A DNA stretch of 64,000 bases from a virus. Lineage: Duplodnaviria > Caudoviricetes. The notes under the pieces were generated by a model. That model saw only the letters and a program-made list of their open reading frames with translations, ran no database searches and was not told the DNA's origin. The stretch lies in the IMG/VR virus record IMGVR_UViG_3300012973_000013, positions 3,295 through 67,294 of that record. One strand, 5' to 3'. Positions 26,081 to 34,098 of this stretch are shown piece after piece. The translations under genes were made by a program, and so were the position numbers. Position 1 is the stretch's first letter. Each line of letters starts with the position of its first letter.

Positions 26081-26288
26081 CCTGAAGGTGATCTCGCAGG
26101 ACCACGCCAGCGGGCGGCAGGTCGTGGTCGTCCACGGGAACACTGGTGTCGCACTCTGGGACGACGACTGCCCGCAATGGGCGGTCGACGCATGCGCCGC
26201 CGCGCTGGAGCGCAAGGGCTACAAGGTCACGAAGCGCAAGCCGAAGCCCTCCGCCTCCCGCGATCCCCAGCAACATGGAGAGGACTGA
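25908..26288 (+). CDS. Hypothetical protein
   Basis: MGWNSVAVILHD...QVVVVHGNTG; GAGG RBS. Confidence 0.65.
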   Translation: MGWNSVAVILHDHLHDIEKDAAFGERIGRAVRGFSMRKHRIGADEADARTENCVSIGSLKVISQDHASGRQVVVVHGNTGVALWDDDCPQWAVDACAAALERKGYKVTKRKPKPSASRDPQQHGED

Positions 26289-26476
26289 TGGGAACGACAC
26301 TGAGTGATGCGGAAGCGCAGGCTCTCATCCGCGCCGGCCAGTGGGTTGAACTCTCGGGTGACCGCATTTGGGACCTAGTCGCCCGCGGCCTCGCGATCAT
26401 CTCGCTCACCGATCAAGGCATGGACGTGCGCCTGCCCGGCCACGCCGCCCTCGCGAAGGAGAACACGCATGGCTGA
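26288..26476 (+). CDS. Hypothetical protein
   Basis: Operon-packed ORF ending AALAKENTHG. Confidence 0.55.
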   Translation: MGTTLSDAEAQALIRAGQWVELSGDRIWDLVARGLAIISLTDQGMDVRLPGHAALAKENTHG

Positions 26477-26726
26477 GACGAAGGGGAAGCTGAGGCCGAC
26501 GTTCCGCTACGTGCTGCAGTATCTGGTCGACAAAACCGACTGGGCCAGCGGGTACTCCCTGCCGGACGGCAACGGCCGGGCTGGCGGGGCGCGCGGCGAG
26601 GTGCTGTCGGAGATGAGGCGCCTCGGCCTGATCGAGTACGGCAAGGAGCCGAAGCGCTCGCACTACGGATGGCGCATCACCGAAGCGGGCCGCACCGCCC
26701 TCGCGAATGGAGGCCAGCATGGCTGA
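26469..26726 (+). CDS. Winged-helix-like protein
   Basis: LSEMRRLGLIEY...GWRITEAGRTAL. Confidence 0.6.
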   Translation: MAETKGKLRPTFRYVLQYLVDKTDWASGYSLPDGNGRAGGARGEVLSEMRRLGLIEYGKEPKRSHYGWRITEAGRTALANGGQHG

Positions 26727-26958
26727 GACGAGACTGACGGCAGAGGTTCTGACCGCGCTTCAATCACGCGACCAGTGCATCGCCGAACTCAAGGAAGCCG
26801 TCCACGTTCTAGCGGCAGCGGTCCTTGAAATTGCGGGCAAGGCCGTCGTGGAGGATTGCGAGCGTTGGTACGAGGAAGATGACAAGTACATCCCCGGCGT
26901 CCGCCTGAGCCACGGCGCCGCCTTGGCCGCTCTCGCGAAGGAGAACTCGGTTGGCTGA
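26719..26958 (+). CDS. Hypothetical protein
   Basis: Starts MAETRLTAE; ends AALAKENSVG. Confidence 0.55.
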   Translation: MAETRLTAEVLTALQSRDQCIAELKEAVHVLAAAVLEIAGKAVVEDCERWYEEDDKYIPGVRLSHGAALAALAKENSVG

Positions 26959-27427
26959 GCCCCCGCAGAACCTGACCGAGCGGAAGGATGAGATCGCGCT
27001 TCGCGACAAGACGCATCTTCTGCCTGACATTGCGGTGCAGCCGCCCGAGGGTGGGTCCGGGTACGAAGCCGCATTGTGGGCAGCTGGCGTGAAGGTGCGC
27101 GCGTACAAGACCTTCGGCTCATACCAAGGCGATTGGTGGGCGGAGGTCGAGTTGCCTGACGGTGAAATTGGCTTCGTCAACGGCTTCTTCGGTTCGTGCT
27201 CCCACTGCGACGCCTTCGAGGTGGAGTTCGGCTATTGGGACGCGGAGAATAGTCCGGACTACCTTCGCCGCCTTCGCGACTTCGGACGCCGCTACTTGAC
27301 CGACGTGAGGAGCGCTGACGCGGCGATAGCGGAAGCCTCCCGGAACATCGAATGGGACAGCGACGCCTCGGAGATGACCGACTGGCTTAAGGCCCGCGCC
27401 GTCCTACAGGAGACGAGCAATGGCTGA
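26951..27427 (+). CDS. Hypothetical protein
   Basis: FGSYQGDWWA...GFFGSCSHCDAFE. Confidence 0.65.
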   Translation: MAEPPQNLTERKDEIALRDKTHLLPDIAVQPPEGGSGYEAALWAAGVKVRAYKTFGSYQGDWWAEVELPDGEIGFVNGFFGSCSHCDAFEVEFGYWDAENSPDYLRRLRDFGRRYLTDVRSADAAIAEASRNIEWDSDASEMTDWLKARAVLQETSNG

Positions 27428-27773
27428 GACGAGACTGACGGCAGAGGAACTCGATAGGCTGGAGAGGCTGTGGTCCGCCAGACACGGCCAATACGCGTAT
27501 GCCGATATTGAGGCCGTCAAAGCTTTCCCTGCCCTTCTCGCCTCTGCCCGCGCTCTCCTCGCCGCCGAGGCAGAGCGGGACAGGCTGAGAAGGGCGCTGG
27601 AGAACGCAAAACGCGATGGCTTGAAGCGCAAGCGGCAGGAACTTGATCCGGACAGGTGGATGCACGGCCACAACGAGGGCTGGGTGGCCGGCATCGAATA
27701 CGCCCTGTCCGAAATCGAGAAGCAGGACATCGCCCGCGCCGCCCTCTCCCCGGAGCCCTCCCATGTCGACTGA
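27420..27773 (+). CDS. Hypothetical protein
   Basis: Starts MAETRLTAE; its first 28 nt are identical to 26719-26746. Confidence 0.6.
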   Translation: MAETRLTAEELDRLERLWSARHGQYAYADIEAVKAFPALLASARALLAAEAERDRLRRALENAKRDGLKRKRQELDPDRWMHGHNEGWVAGIEYALSEIEKQDIARAALSPEPSHVD

Positions 27774-28038
27774 GATGATCGAGCGGGCTGCGAAAGCGTG
27801 TCGCGATGCAATGCGCGAGCGCCGTCGCAGCACAGACCCGCAGGAAACTGAAGGCGAATACGCCGCCATCCTCGCCCGCGCCGTTATCAAAAGCCTGCGG
27901 GAGCCGAGCGAGGCGGTGTGCGATGCGGGTGCCGACTGCGCCAACGCCAACGGCGGCTATATTTCGGGTGGCGAGGCGCTCCTGACGTTCAACGTCATGA
28001 TCGACGCTATCCTAGCAGAGGAGAAGACGGATGGCTGA
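27763..28038 (+). CDS. Hypothetical protein, paralog A
   Basis: IERAA...ARAVIKSLREPSEAV...VMIDAILA. Confidence 0.65.
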   Translation: MSTEMIERAAKACRDAMRERRRSTDPQETEGEYAAILARAVIKSLREPSEAVCDAGADCANANGGYISGGEALLTFNVMIDAILAEEKTDG

Positions 28039-28441
28039 GGAAAGCACAATCGAAAGAGCGGCTCGCGAGGTCTGGGAGTGGGAGAGGATCTCCGGATCAT
28101 TCGACGAAGCGCTGGCCCAGTTCAAGGAAACGTCTGCGGCCGGTTGGCCTGACTTAGCCGAGGATAGCCCGATCGGGTACTGCATCCGGATCGCCCGAGC
28201 CGTCATCCGCGGCATTCGGGAGCCGAGCGAGGCTGTTATCGAGGAAGGCCGCTGGGCGCTCGTTGGGGACGCCTCGACGGCCGACGTGCGCAAGGCATGG
28301 ACGGTGATGGTAGACGCCATTCTGGCCGATGGGCGGGTTCCTGACGCGAGCGCTGACCAGTCTGCGGCCGAGGAGCAGGAACGGGCCGCCGCCAGCAATT
28401 GGGGCAGCCTCGCCTCGGCAATCACGGAGAAGCCGGGATGA
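28031..28441 (+). CDS. Hypothetical protein, paralog B
   Basis: IERAA...ARAVIRGIREPSEAV...VMVDAILA. Confidence 0.65.
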   Translation: MAEESTIERAAREVWEWERISGSFDEALAQFKETSAAGWPDLAEDSPIGYCIRIARAVIRGIREPSEAVIEEGRWALVGDASTADVRKAWTVMVDAILADGRVPDASADQSAAEEQERAAASNWGSLASAITEKPG

Positions 28442-28544
28442 TCGAGGCGATCGCATATGCTGCGGCCCGACGGGTCGCCGGCTTCTTACTCGTGTGCTTC
28501 ATCATCGGCGTTGTCGTCGGAGGCATCACCTGGATGGTCCTGTC

Positions 28545-28721
28545 ATGACCCCTGACCCCACCCCTATCGACCGAGCAGCACAGGCAGTGCGTGATATCGT
28601 GGGGCGGCTTCAGGCCGCGACGGAGGAGAACCGCGCTGCGACCGGGTTTGTCGACAGCGCTGACTATTGCGCGCTCGGCGCCGCCCGCGAATGCCTTGCA
28701 GCAGTGGAGGCACAGCGATGA
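28545..28721 (+). CDS. Hypothetical protein
   Basis: ATGA-coupled small ORF. Confidence 0.45.
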   Translation: MTPDPTPIDRAAQAVRDIVGRLQAATEENRAATGFVDSADYCALGAARECLAAVEAQR

Positions 28722-28942
28722 GGAAAGGCCGCGGCCGGAATTCCGGCATCGGAACAACTTCAACGGCTTGCGCAACTCTCGACGCCATCAGGGCGGAGAT
28801 CCGGCACGACATGGCTGAGGCTGCCGGCTTCGTGGCGCAGCGGAACAAGGCGACGACGGACTACGATCAAGGCCTGCTTGATGGCTTCGCGCTGTCCCTC
28901 GCCATCATCGACCGCCACATGAAGGCCCCTGCCCCCGAATGA
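28718..28942 (+). CDS. Hypothetical protein
   Basis: ATGA-coupled; an alternative start MAEAAG lies at 28811. Confidence 0.45.
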   Translation: MRKGRGRNSGIGTTSTACATLDAIRAEIRHDMAEAAGFVAQRNKATTDYDQGLLDGFALSLAIIDRHMKAPAPE

Positions 28943-29193
28943 CCGCCCCCGCCCCCGCCTCCCCTCGCGGACTGTCCTACGGCACGCTCGGCTCGCTGAT
29001 CGAGGGCGGCTACTCGCTCACCGCCTACTGTGCGTGCCGGCCGGGCTACGGGCGGAAGCTCGATCTGCCCGCCCTCGCCGCTCGCCTCGGCCCGGAGCAC
29101 TCCTGCATGTACCCGGACCTCTCTCCGAGGCTACGGTGCGAGCACTGCGGGGCGCATCCCGAGAGCTTCACGCTCTCTGTGGTGCGTCAGTGA
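28939..29193 (+). CDS. Small Zn-binding protein
   Basis: AYCAC...LDLPALAARLGPEH...LRCEHCG. Confidence 0.65.
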   Translation: MTAPAPASPRGLSYGTLGSLIEGGYSLTAYCACRPGYGRKLDLPALAARLGPEHSCMYPDLSPRLRCEHCGAHPESFTLSVVRQ

Positions 29194-29423
29194 CTGACCG
29201 ACCGCCTCGCCTCGGAGATCTGCCGCTCCGTCTCCGCATTGGCGGCGCGCTGTTCAAGACGGGCCTCCTGTAGCCCGACGATTGCCCCGTCGATCTCGTA
29301 GACCGCCCAGCCGGCCGACTCGGCGGCTTCGCAGAGAGCTTGGAACTGCGCCTCCATCGCTTCTTCGCAGGTGAGGTCGCGGTCTGGGTGATCGGGCGGA
29401 AGCGAGGGTGGCGGAACTGTCAT
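29187..29423 (-). CDS. Small acidic conserved protein
   Basis: PDRDLTCEEAME..FQAL...AESAGW; start trimmed to MTVPPP. Confidence 0.6.
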   Translation of the reverse strand: MTVPPPSLPPDHPDRDLTCEEAMEAQFQALCEAAESAGWAVYEIDGAIVGLQEARLEQRAANAETERQISEARRSVSH

Positions 29424-29571
29424 CCAAGTAGCATAGCGCGACGGCGAGTCGCAGAATAGCCCTGCGCCCTTGGGATGTGGTGGACGAAAGGAGGTAACGT
29501 TGGAAACTGCGGCCTTATGTATCAAGCGCACCAAGCCGCGAGGGGCGGCTGTGAGGGGGTGGGTGGCGGGG

Positions 29572-30474
29572 CTACTGGGGGCCGGGCTTGACTTCAGGAG
29601 GAAGCAACTCGTCATTCATTGCGCCTTCCTCCTTGGGCTTTTGCTGCTGCTTCAACTGGCATTTAATCTCGTCCTTGTGCAAGGCAGCAGTAGCGCCGAG
29701 CCAAGTCTCTTCATCCCAACTTTCTCCACCACTACCGGAATAGCGGAAGAATATCGCAATAACAAAACCCCCTTGAATTGGATTTCGCTCGAGCAGAGCA
29801 GTGTTCCCAACCCCCGATTTTCTCTCAATGAAGTAGTCCGCCTGTTGGCCGACAATCTGTCTGGTGCTGCTCGTGGTGCCCCCGCCCCCAGCAATCTTTC
29901 CTTTGAATTTAGCGAACGTGTGGACGCTCTCAATCGAGATGATTGCGGGGGTTGCCCCGGTATTCCGGAACTTCACCGACACGTCGTGGCTCCACCCATT
30001 TTCGGAGGGGGCAAACGTCACAGTTCCCTCGACGAATACGAGGTACGGTCGGAGTTGACGCTCGGACGTGCTCCTGATGAGTTCATTGGCGTTTACAGCG
30101 GCGTTAGCCTGTTTTCTGGTCAGGACCAAGGTGGCTACCAGCGCGACGGTGCCGACAAAAACGAGGATGGTTTGCAAGAGAGCGTACTTGGCCATCTCCA
30201 CAGTCGCGTCTTGCATCCCTTGCTGGGCGGCAAGATCGTCCAACTCGCGCTGCTCGGAACGCTTTTCTCGGCTATCGCGGGCCTCTGCCTCGGAGTCGCT
30301 CTCGATAATGATTACCGGAAGCGCCATAGGCTTGCTTGGGGCGGTTTCGCTGCCAGCACTCTCTTGGCCGCGCTGTCGGCCGTCGCCTTGGCCGTTTACG
30401 GCCACGGATGGGGCTAAGGCAGCTAGAAGCGTCAATCCAAACGCAACTGCTGCGCACCAAGAGCCGCCAGACAT
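29572..30474 (-). CDS. Membrane-anchored passenger protein
   Basis: Signal/TM, then TM ILVFVGTVALVATLVL, then RQLRPYL; AT-richer codon usage. Confidence 0.65.
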   Translation of the reverse strand: MSGGSWCAAVAFGLTLLAALAPSVAVNGQGDGRQRGQESAGSETAPSKPMALPVIIIESDSEAEARDSREKRSEQRELDDLAAQQGMQDATVEMAKYALLQTILVFVGTVALVATLVLTRKQANAAVNANELIRSTSERQLRPYLVFVEGTVTFAPSENGWSHDVSVKFRNTGATPAIISIESVHTFAKFKGKIAGGGGTTSSTRQIVGQQADYFIERKSGVGNTALLERNPIQGGFVIAIFFRYSGSGGESWDEETWLGATAALHKDEIKCQLKQQQKPKEEGAMNDELLPPEVKPGPQ

Positions 30475-30656
30475 TGCAGCAAGAACCCCGCCGTGAACTT
30501 CCCCCGGCTCACCTTATTCCGAAGGTTGCGCTCGTTCTCGTCAATTCCAATTGCTGCCAGCTTCTCGACGAGCTGCGCATAGGTCACGCCCCGCCGGGCC
30601 ATCTCACCCCTGAGAATGCCCTTCGCTCGTTCTTCCCAGTCCGTCCGCTCGACCAT
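30432..30656 (-). CDS. DUF6471-like small HTH regulator
   Basis: WEERAKGILRGEMARRGVTYAQLVEKL...ERNLRNKVSRGKFTAGFLLQCL; divergent from the transposase. Confidence 0.75.
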   Translation of the reverse strand: MVERTDWEERAKGILRGEMARRGVTYAQLVEKLAAIGIDENERNLRNKVSRGKFTAGFLLQCLAALGAQQLRLD

Positions 30657-30760
30657 GTCACGCCTCCTGATGCGAGTGTCATCATATAGCGTGCTTTCGC
30701 CCTTGACAACGTGACAGGGTATCATCATATCTAGTGCACACGCACTGGAAATGATGACAA

Positions 30761-31714
30761 ATGGCCCAGCACTTCCTCCTCTCCGCCGCCGCCCGCACCC
30801 TTTCGCTGAAGGCGATCTATCGGGACGGCGAGGACCGGGCATACACGACGTTCTGTGCGATCCGCTGGGCTGAGACCAACGGCGAGCCGGTGTGCCCGCG
30901 CTGCGGCTGCATGGACGCCTACGCGATCACCACCCGCCGCAAGTTCAAGTGCGCCGCCTGCGGCCACCAGTTTTCCGTCACGTCGGGCACCATCTTCGCC
31001 TCGCGCAAGATGAGCTTCACCGACCTGCTCGCCGCGATCTGCATCTTCGTCAACGCCGTGAAGGGCCTGTCAGCCCTCCAGCTTTCCCGCGACATCGACT
31101 GCCAGTACAAGACCGCCTTCGTCCTCGCCCACAAGCTCCGCGAGACGCTGGCAGCTGAGATTGCGGACGCCAAGCTGGACGGCGAAGTTGAGATCGACGG
31201 CGCCTACTTCGGCGGTCACATCCGCCCGAAGAACCTCGCCGAGCAGCGCGTTGACCGGCGCCGGGCCGAGCACCAGACCGGCACCCGCCGCGTCGTCATC
31301 GCCGCTCGTCAGCGTAAGGGCCGCACCGTTACCGTCGTCGCCCACACGGAAGCCGCCGGCGTCGACTTCGCCCGCGCGATCGTCCTGCCCGGCACCAAGG
31401 TCTATGCCGACGAGGCCGCTCACTGGGACGTGCTGGAAGCCCACTTCCCGACGGGCCGCATCAACCATTCCGAGGCGTACTCGGCGGACGGCGCCAACAC
31501 CAATCAGGCGGAAAGCTACTTCTCGCGTCTGCGCCGCATGATCGTCGGGCAGAACCACAAGGTCTCCGCCCGCTACCTCTACCAGTACGCGAATGAGGCG
31601 GCTTGGAAGGAAGACCACCGTCGCGAGGCGAACGGTGCGCAGGCCAGCCGCGCTCTTGGGCTGGCGCTGCACTCGCCGGTCAGCCGCCAGTGGGCGGGGT
31701 ATTGGCAGAGATAA
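30761..31714 (+). CDS. IS1595-family DDE transposase
   Basis: Zn ribbon CPRCG...CAAC; VEIDGAYFGG, VYADE, HSEAY...NTNQAESYFSRLRR. Confidence 0.93.
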   Translation: MAQHFLLSAAARTLSLKAIYRDGEDRAYTTFCAIRWAETNGEPVCPRCGCMDAYAITTRRKFKCAACGHQFSVTSGTIFASRKMSFTDLLAAICIFVNAVKGLSALQLSRDIDCQYKTAFVLAHKLRETLAAEIADAKLDGEVEIDGAYFGGHIRPKNLAEQRVDRRRAEHQTGTRRVVIAARQRKGRTVTVVAHTEAAGVDFARAIVLPGTKVYADEAAHWDVLEAHFPTGRINHSEAYSADGANTNQAESYFSRLRRMIVGQNHKVSARYLYQYANEAAWKEDHRREANGAQASRALGLALHSPVSRQWAGYWQR

Positions 31715-31803
31715 AATTTCGGTATGATTTCAACGCGTGATTGCGGGCGGGGAACCAATGGTGTTGACAGAAGTTTACGCGTTGCTTAGGTGTGTGGTGT
31801 CCA

Positions 31804-32043
31804 GTGGCTCCTAGGCAGCGGCACACCGACAAAGAGGTCGAAGCTGCTGTTGCATTCGCGGAAAGCTGCGGATGGCGCGTGGAAACAGGTCGCAATCATG
31901 CGAAGTTTAAACTGCTGTGCCCCCTCGCTGATCGTTCTGGGTGCGTGATCTACGTCTGGTCAACCCCACGGAACGCGGGGAACCATGCGCGACAAATTCT
32001 CAAAATGATCTCGAAGTGTACCTGCGGTGATGAGCATGAATGA
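31804..32043 (+). CDS. HicA-like small putative toxin
   Basis: GWRVETGRNHAKFKLLC...VWSTPRN.GNHARQI; overlaps the partner gene. Confidence 0.55.
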   Translation: MAPRQRHTDKEVEAAVAFAESCGWRVETGRNHAKFKLLCPLADRSGCVIYVWSTPRNAGNHARQILKMISKCTCGDEHE

Positions 32044-32587
32044 GCATCAATTTACGTTCCTTGTGTCGGGTGTTGACCCGCATTCGGATGATTTTGCTGA
32101 CCGCTTCTACGAGGCAGGCTGCGACGATGCTACGCTCATGTTAACGCATGGCTTCGTTGCAGTATGCTTTGCCCGAGAGGCGGATAATTTCGCACAGGCT
32201 GTTGTCTCTGCCTACCGAGACGTGCTCAAGGCCGGCGCTGTTGTGGAGCGGTTTGAGCCCGACTATTTGGTGAGCAAGGCTGAAATCGCACATCGAGCCA
32301 AATTGTCTAGGTCAGTGGTCAGTCTCTACGTTACCGGAGAACGTGGAATTGACTTCCCGCGTCCTCGCGCGAGGGTCACGTCATCCAGCCCGCTGTGGGA
32401 CTGGGTCGAAGTATCCAGTTGGCTGCATAAGCGTGACGTCCTTCCGTCCGAGATCGTCGTGAACGCTCGGCTAGCGCGAACCGTCAATTGGCTCGTACAG
32501 CGCGAACGGCCGGTTCCGGCGCCAGAAAAGGCGCTGCTGCGAAAGATGGAGAGCATCGCGAGGGAACCCGTGTTGGAACTCGCCTAA
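32027..32587 (+). CDS. HicB-like/HTH putative antitoxin
   Basis: N-terminal FYEAGCDDA...CFAREA.NF.QAV; C-terminal HTH LVSKAEIAHRAKLSRSVVSLY...FPRP...PLWDWVEV. Confidence 0.6.
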   Translation: MMSMNEHQFTFLVSGVDPHSDDFADRFYEAGCDDATLMLTHGFVAVCFAREADNFAQAVVSAYRDVLKAGAVVERFEPDYLVSKAEIAHRAKLSRSVVSLYVTGERGIDFPRPRARVTSSSPLWDWVEVSSWLHKRDVLPSEIVVNARLARTVNWLVQRERPVPAPEKALLRKMESIAREPVLELA

Positions 32588-32605
32588 GGCGTCTCGCAGG
32601 CGGAC

Positions 32606-33043
32606 CTACACCGCCCGCCACACGTACTCGCCCTTCACCTTCTCCGCCGTCCTCGCCACCAGCTTGACGTCCTGACACTGCCGCAACGCCTTGCCGATGC
32701 GGCGGACGACGTCGTTCATCATGCGCCGGTCGCGTGCATCCTTCCCCTCCGTCCTCACCAGCGCCTCCGCCATCTGGCGGGACGTGGACGGCCCGTGCTC
32801 TCTGAGGTGGCCTAGCAGGAACTGGCGAAGCTCGCCGCGGTAGAACAGCACGACGCGGGGAACGCGCGCGGTGAGCTTCACGGGGCCATCGTAGCCGAGC
32901 GTTTCCAGCACCCTGTCCATGCTCTCCAGATCGTTTGAGAGCACGGCCAGGTGCTCCCGTGTCTGGGCTATGGCTTCCATCATCTCCTCACGCTTGCGGA
33001 GAAGGCCGGAGATCGTGTTCGCGTAAGACTCGTGGGCATTCAA
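32606..33043 (-). CDS. Coiled-coil + winged-helix passenger protein
   Basis: TISGLLRKREEM...DLESMDRVL...FYRGELRQF...GPSTSRQMAE. Confidence 0.65.
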   Translation of the reverse strand: MNAHESYANTISGLLRKREEMMEAIAQTREHLAVLSNDLESMDRVLETLGYDGPVKLTARVPRVVLFYRGELRQFLLGHLREHGPSTSRQMAEALVRTEGKDARDRRMMNDVVRRIGKALRQCQDVKLVARTAEKVKGEYVWRAV

Positions 33044-33082
33044 GGTGTAGCCTCCCTCTGTGCGTTGCCGGGGGAGGATGAC

Positions 33083-33286
33083 GTGCCGACCTTCAATTCC
33101 ACTGCGATCCGCAGCGCGGACTACACTCCGCACACCCGTACCTTGCGCCTCTGGTTCGTCGAGAGCGGCGGCCCATACGACTACTACGGCGTGCCGCAGC
33201 GCGTTTACGACGGGCTCCTTCGCGCGTCGTCTAAGGGAACGTACTTCAACGAGTACATCAGGGATCAGTACAGCGTGAACCGGTAG
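33083..33286 (+). CDS. KTSC domain protein
   Basis: STAIRSADY...LRLWF..GG.YDYYGVP..VYDGLLRASSKGTYFNEYIRDQY. Confidence 0.9.
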   Translation: MPTFNSTAIRSADYTPHTRTLRLWFVESGGPYDYYGVPQRVYDGLLRASSKGTYFNEYIRDQYSVNR

Positions 33287-33398
33287 CCGGCGGCCACCCT
33301 GCCACGGCGGCGCCGAGGCGGCCCATCATGCGAAAACCGGCCGGTTTCTGCCACTTTCGCCTTGGTGCTCTTGATACATAAGGCCGGGCTAATGCTCG

Positions 33399-33683
33399 CT
33401 ACCCGGCCGGCCGCTCGCACTCCTTGTCGACCAGCCGCGCATACCCGGCGATGTCCGACCAGTGGTCGTAGAAATGCGGATCGCCGGCGAGGATGCGGCC
33501 CAGCTTGCAGGCCATCATCTCCAGCGCGTCGGCCTCGACTGGCGTCAGGTCGCCCCAGTTCGGAGCCGCGCGGAACACCCGCTTGATCTCCTGCGTCACG
33601 GCCGCCTGCGTCGGATAGTGGCCGTGGGTTGAGCCGCGAACGGCGATCAGGCTGTCGGTGCCGGCATCGGACGCGTCAGTCAT
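33399..33683 (-). CDS. DUF6378-like protein
   Basis: RGSTHGHY...KLGRILAGDP...DHWSDIAGYARL. Confidence 0.7.
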   Translation of the reverse strand: MTDASDAGTDSLIAVRGSTHGHYPTQAAVTQEIKRVFRAAPNWGDLTPVEADALEMMACKLGRILAGDPHFYDHWSDIAGYARLVDKECERPAG

Positions 33684-34098
33684 CGCCGCCCTCCACGGCC
33701 AGGAACAGCACCGGCTTGCCGGCGGCGCGGAACGCCTTGATCTCCAGCCCGACGCCGTAGCTCTCGCGCCAGCCCTCCATCTGCACGACGATGATGCCGT
33801 GCGCGGCGTTCATCATCGGCTCGTCGAGCGGCATCCAGACGGAGTGATCGAGCGGATCGAGCCCGCCGTGGATCGCGACGGGATGGCTGTGGGCAATCGG
33901 TGAGAACACGGCGAGGCCCTGTTCGACGAGCCGCGCCGACACCTTGGCCGCCTCCTCGAACGCCGCGTTGATCCCGCGCGGATGTTTGGAGTAAACGGTG
34001 GCGAGGTACCAGAACGAACCAACATCGGAAAGTTCACTGACGGTGCGATGCAGCCCGCCATCGTCATAGATCATGACCGTCACTTTACATGCCCCCAA
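33676..34098 (-). CDS. DUF1937/DUF4406 nucleoside-2-deoxyribosyltransferase-like protein
   Basis: YLATVYS...VFSPIAHSH...GWRESYGVGLEI..F...GKPV. Confidence 0.72.
   Translation of the reverse strand: MGACKVTVMIYDDGGLHRTVSELSDVGSFWYLATVYSKHPRGINAAFEEAAKVSARLVEQGLAVFSPIAHSHPVAIHGGLDPLDHSVWMPLDEPMMNAAHGIIVVQMEGWRESYGVGLEIKAFRAAGKPVLFLAVEGGDD

Larger units (their letters stand above)
29510..33386. mobile_element. IS1595-family transporter IS (ISNha5-like), 3877 bp, with passenger genes
   Basis: 26-bp terminal inverted repeats CGGCCTTATGTATCAAG(C/A)GCACCAAG at 29510-29535 and 33361-33386 (1 mismatch); CGGnnTT ends; internal IS1595 transposase. Confidence 0.88.

Noticed and set aside
29470-30417. 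315-aa plus-strand ORF with hydrophobic ends
   Set aside because: Fully antisense to 29572-30474, which has the more coherent membrane-protein pattern, and it crosses the IS terminal repeat.
29502-33394. 8-bp target-site duplication of the IS
   Set aside because: The flanks GGAAACTG and GGCTAATG match at only 5 of 8 positions.
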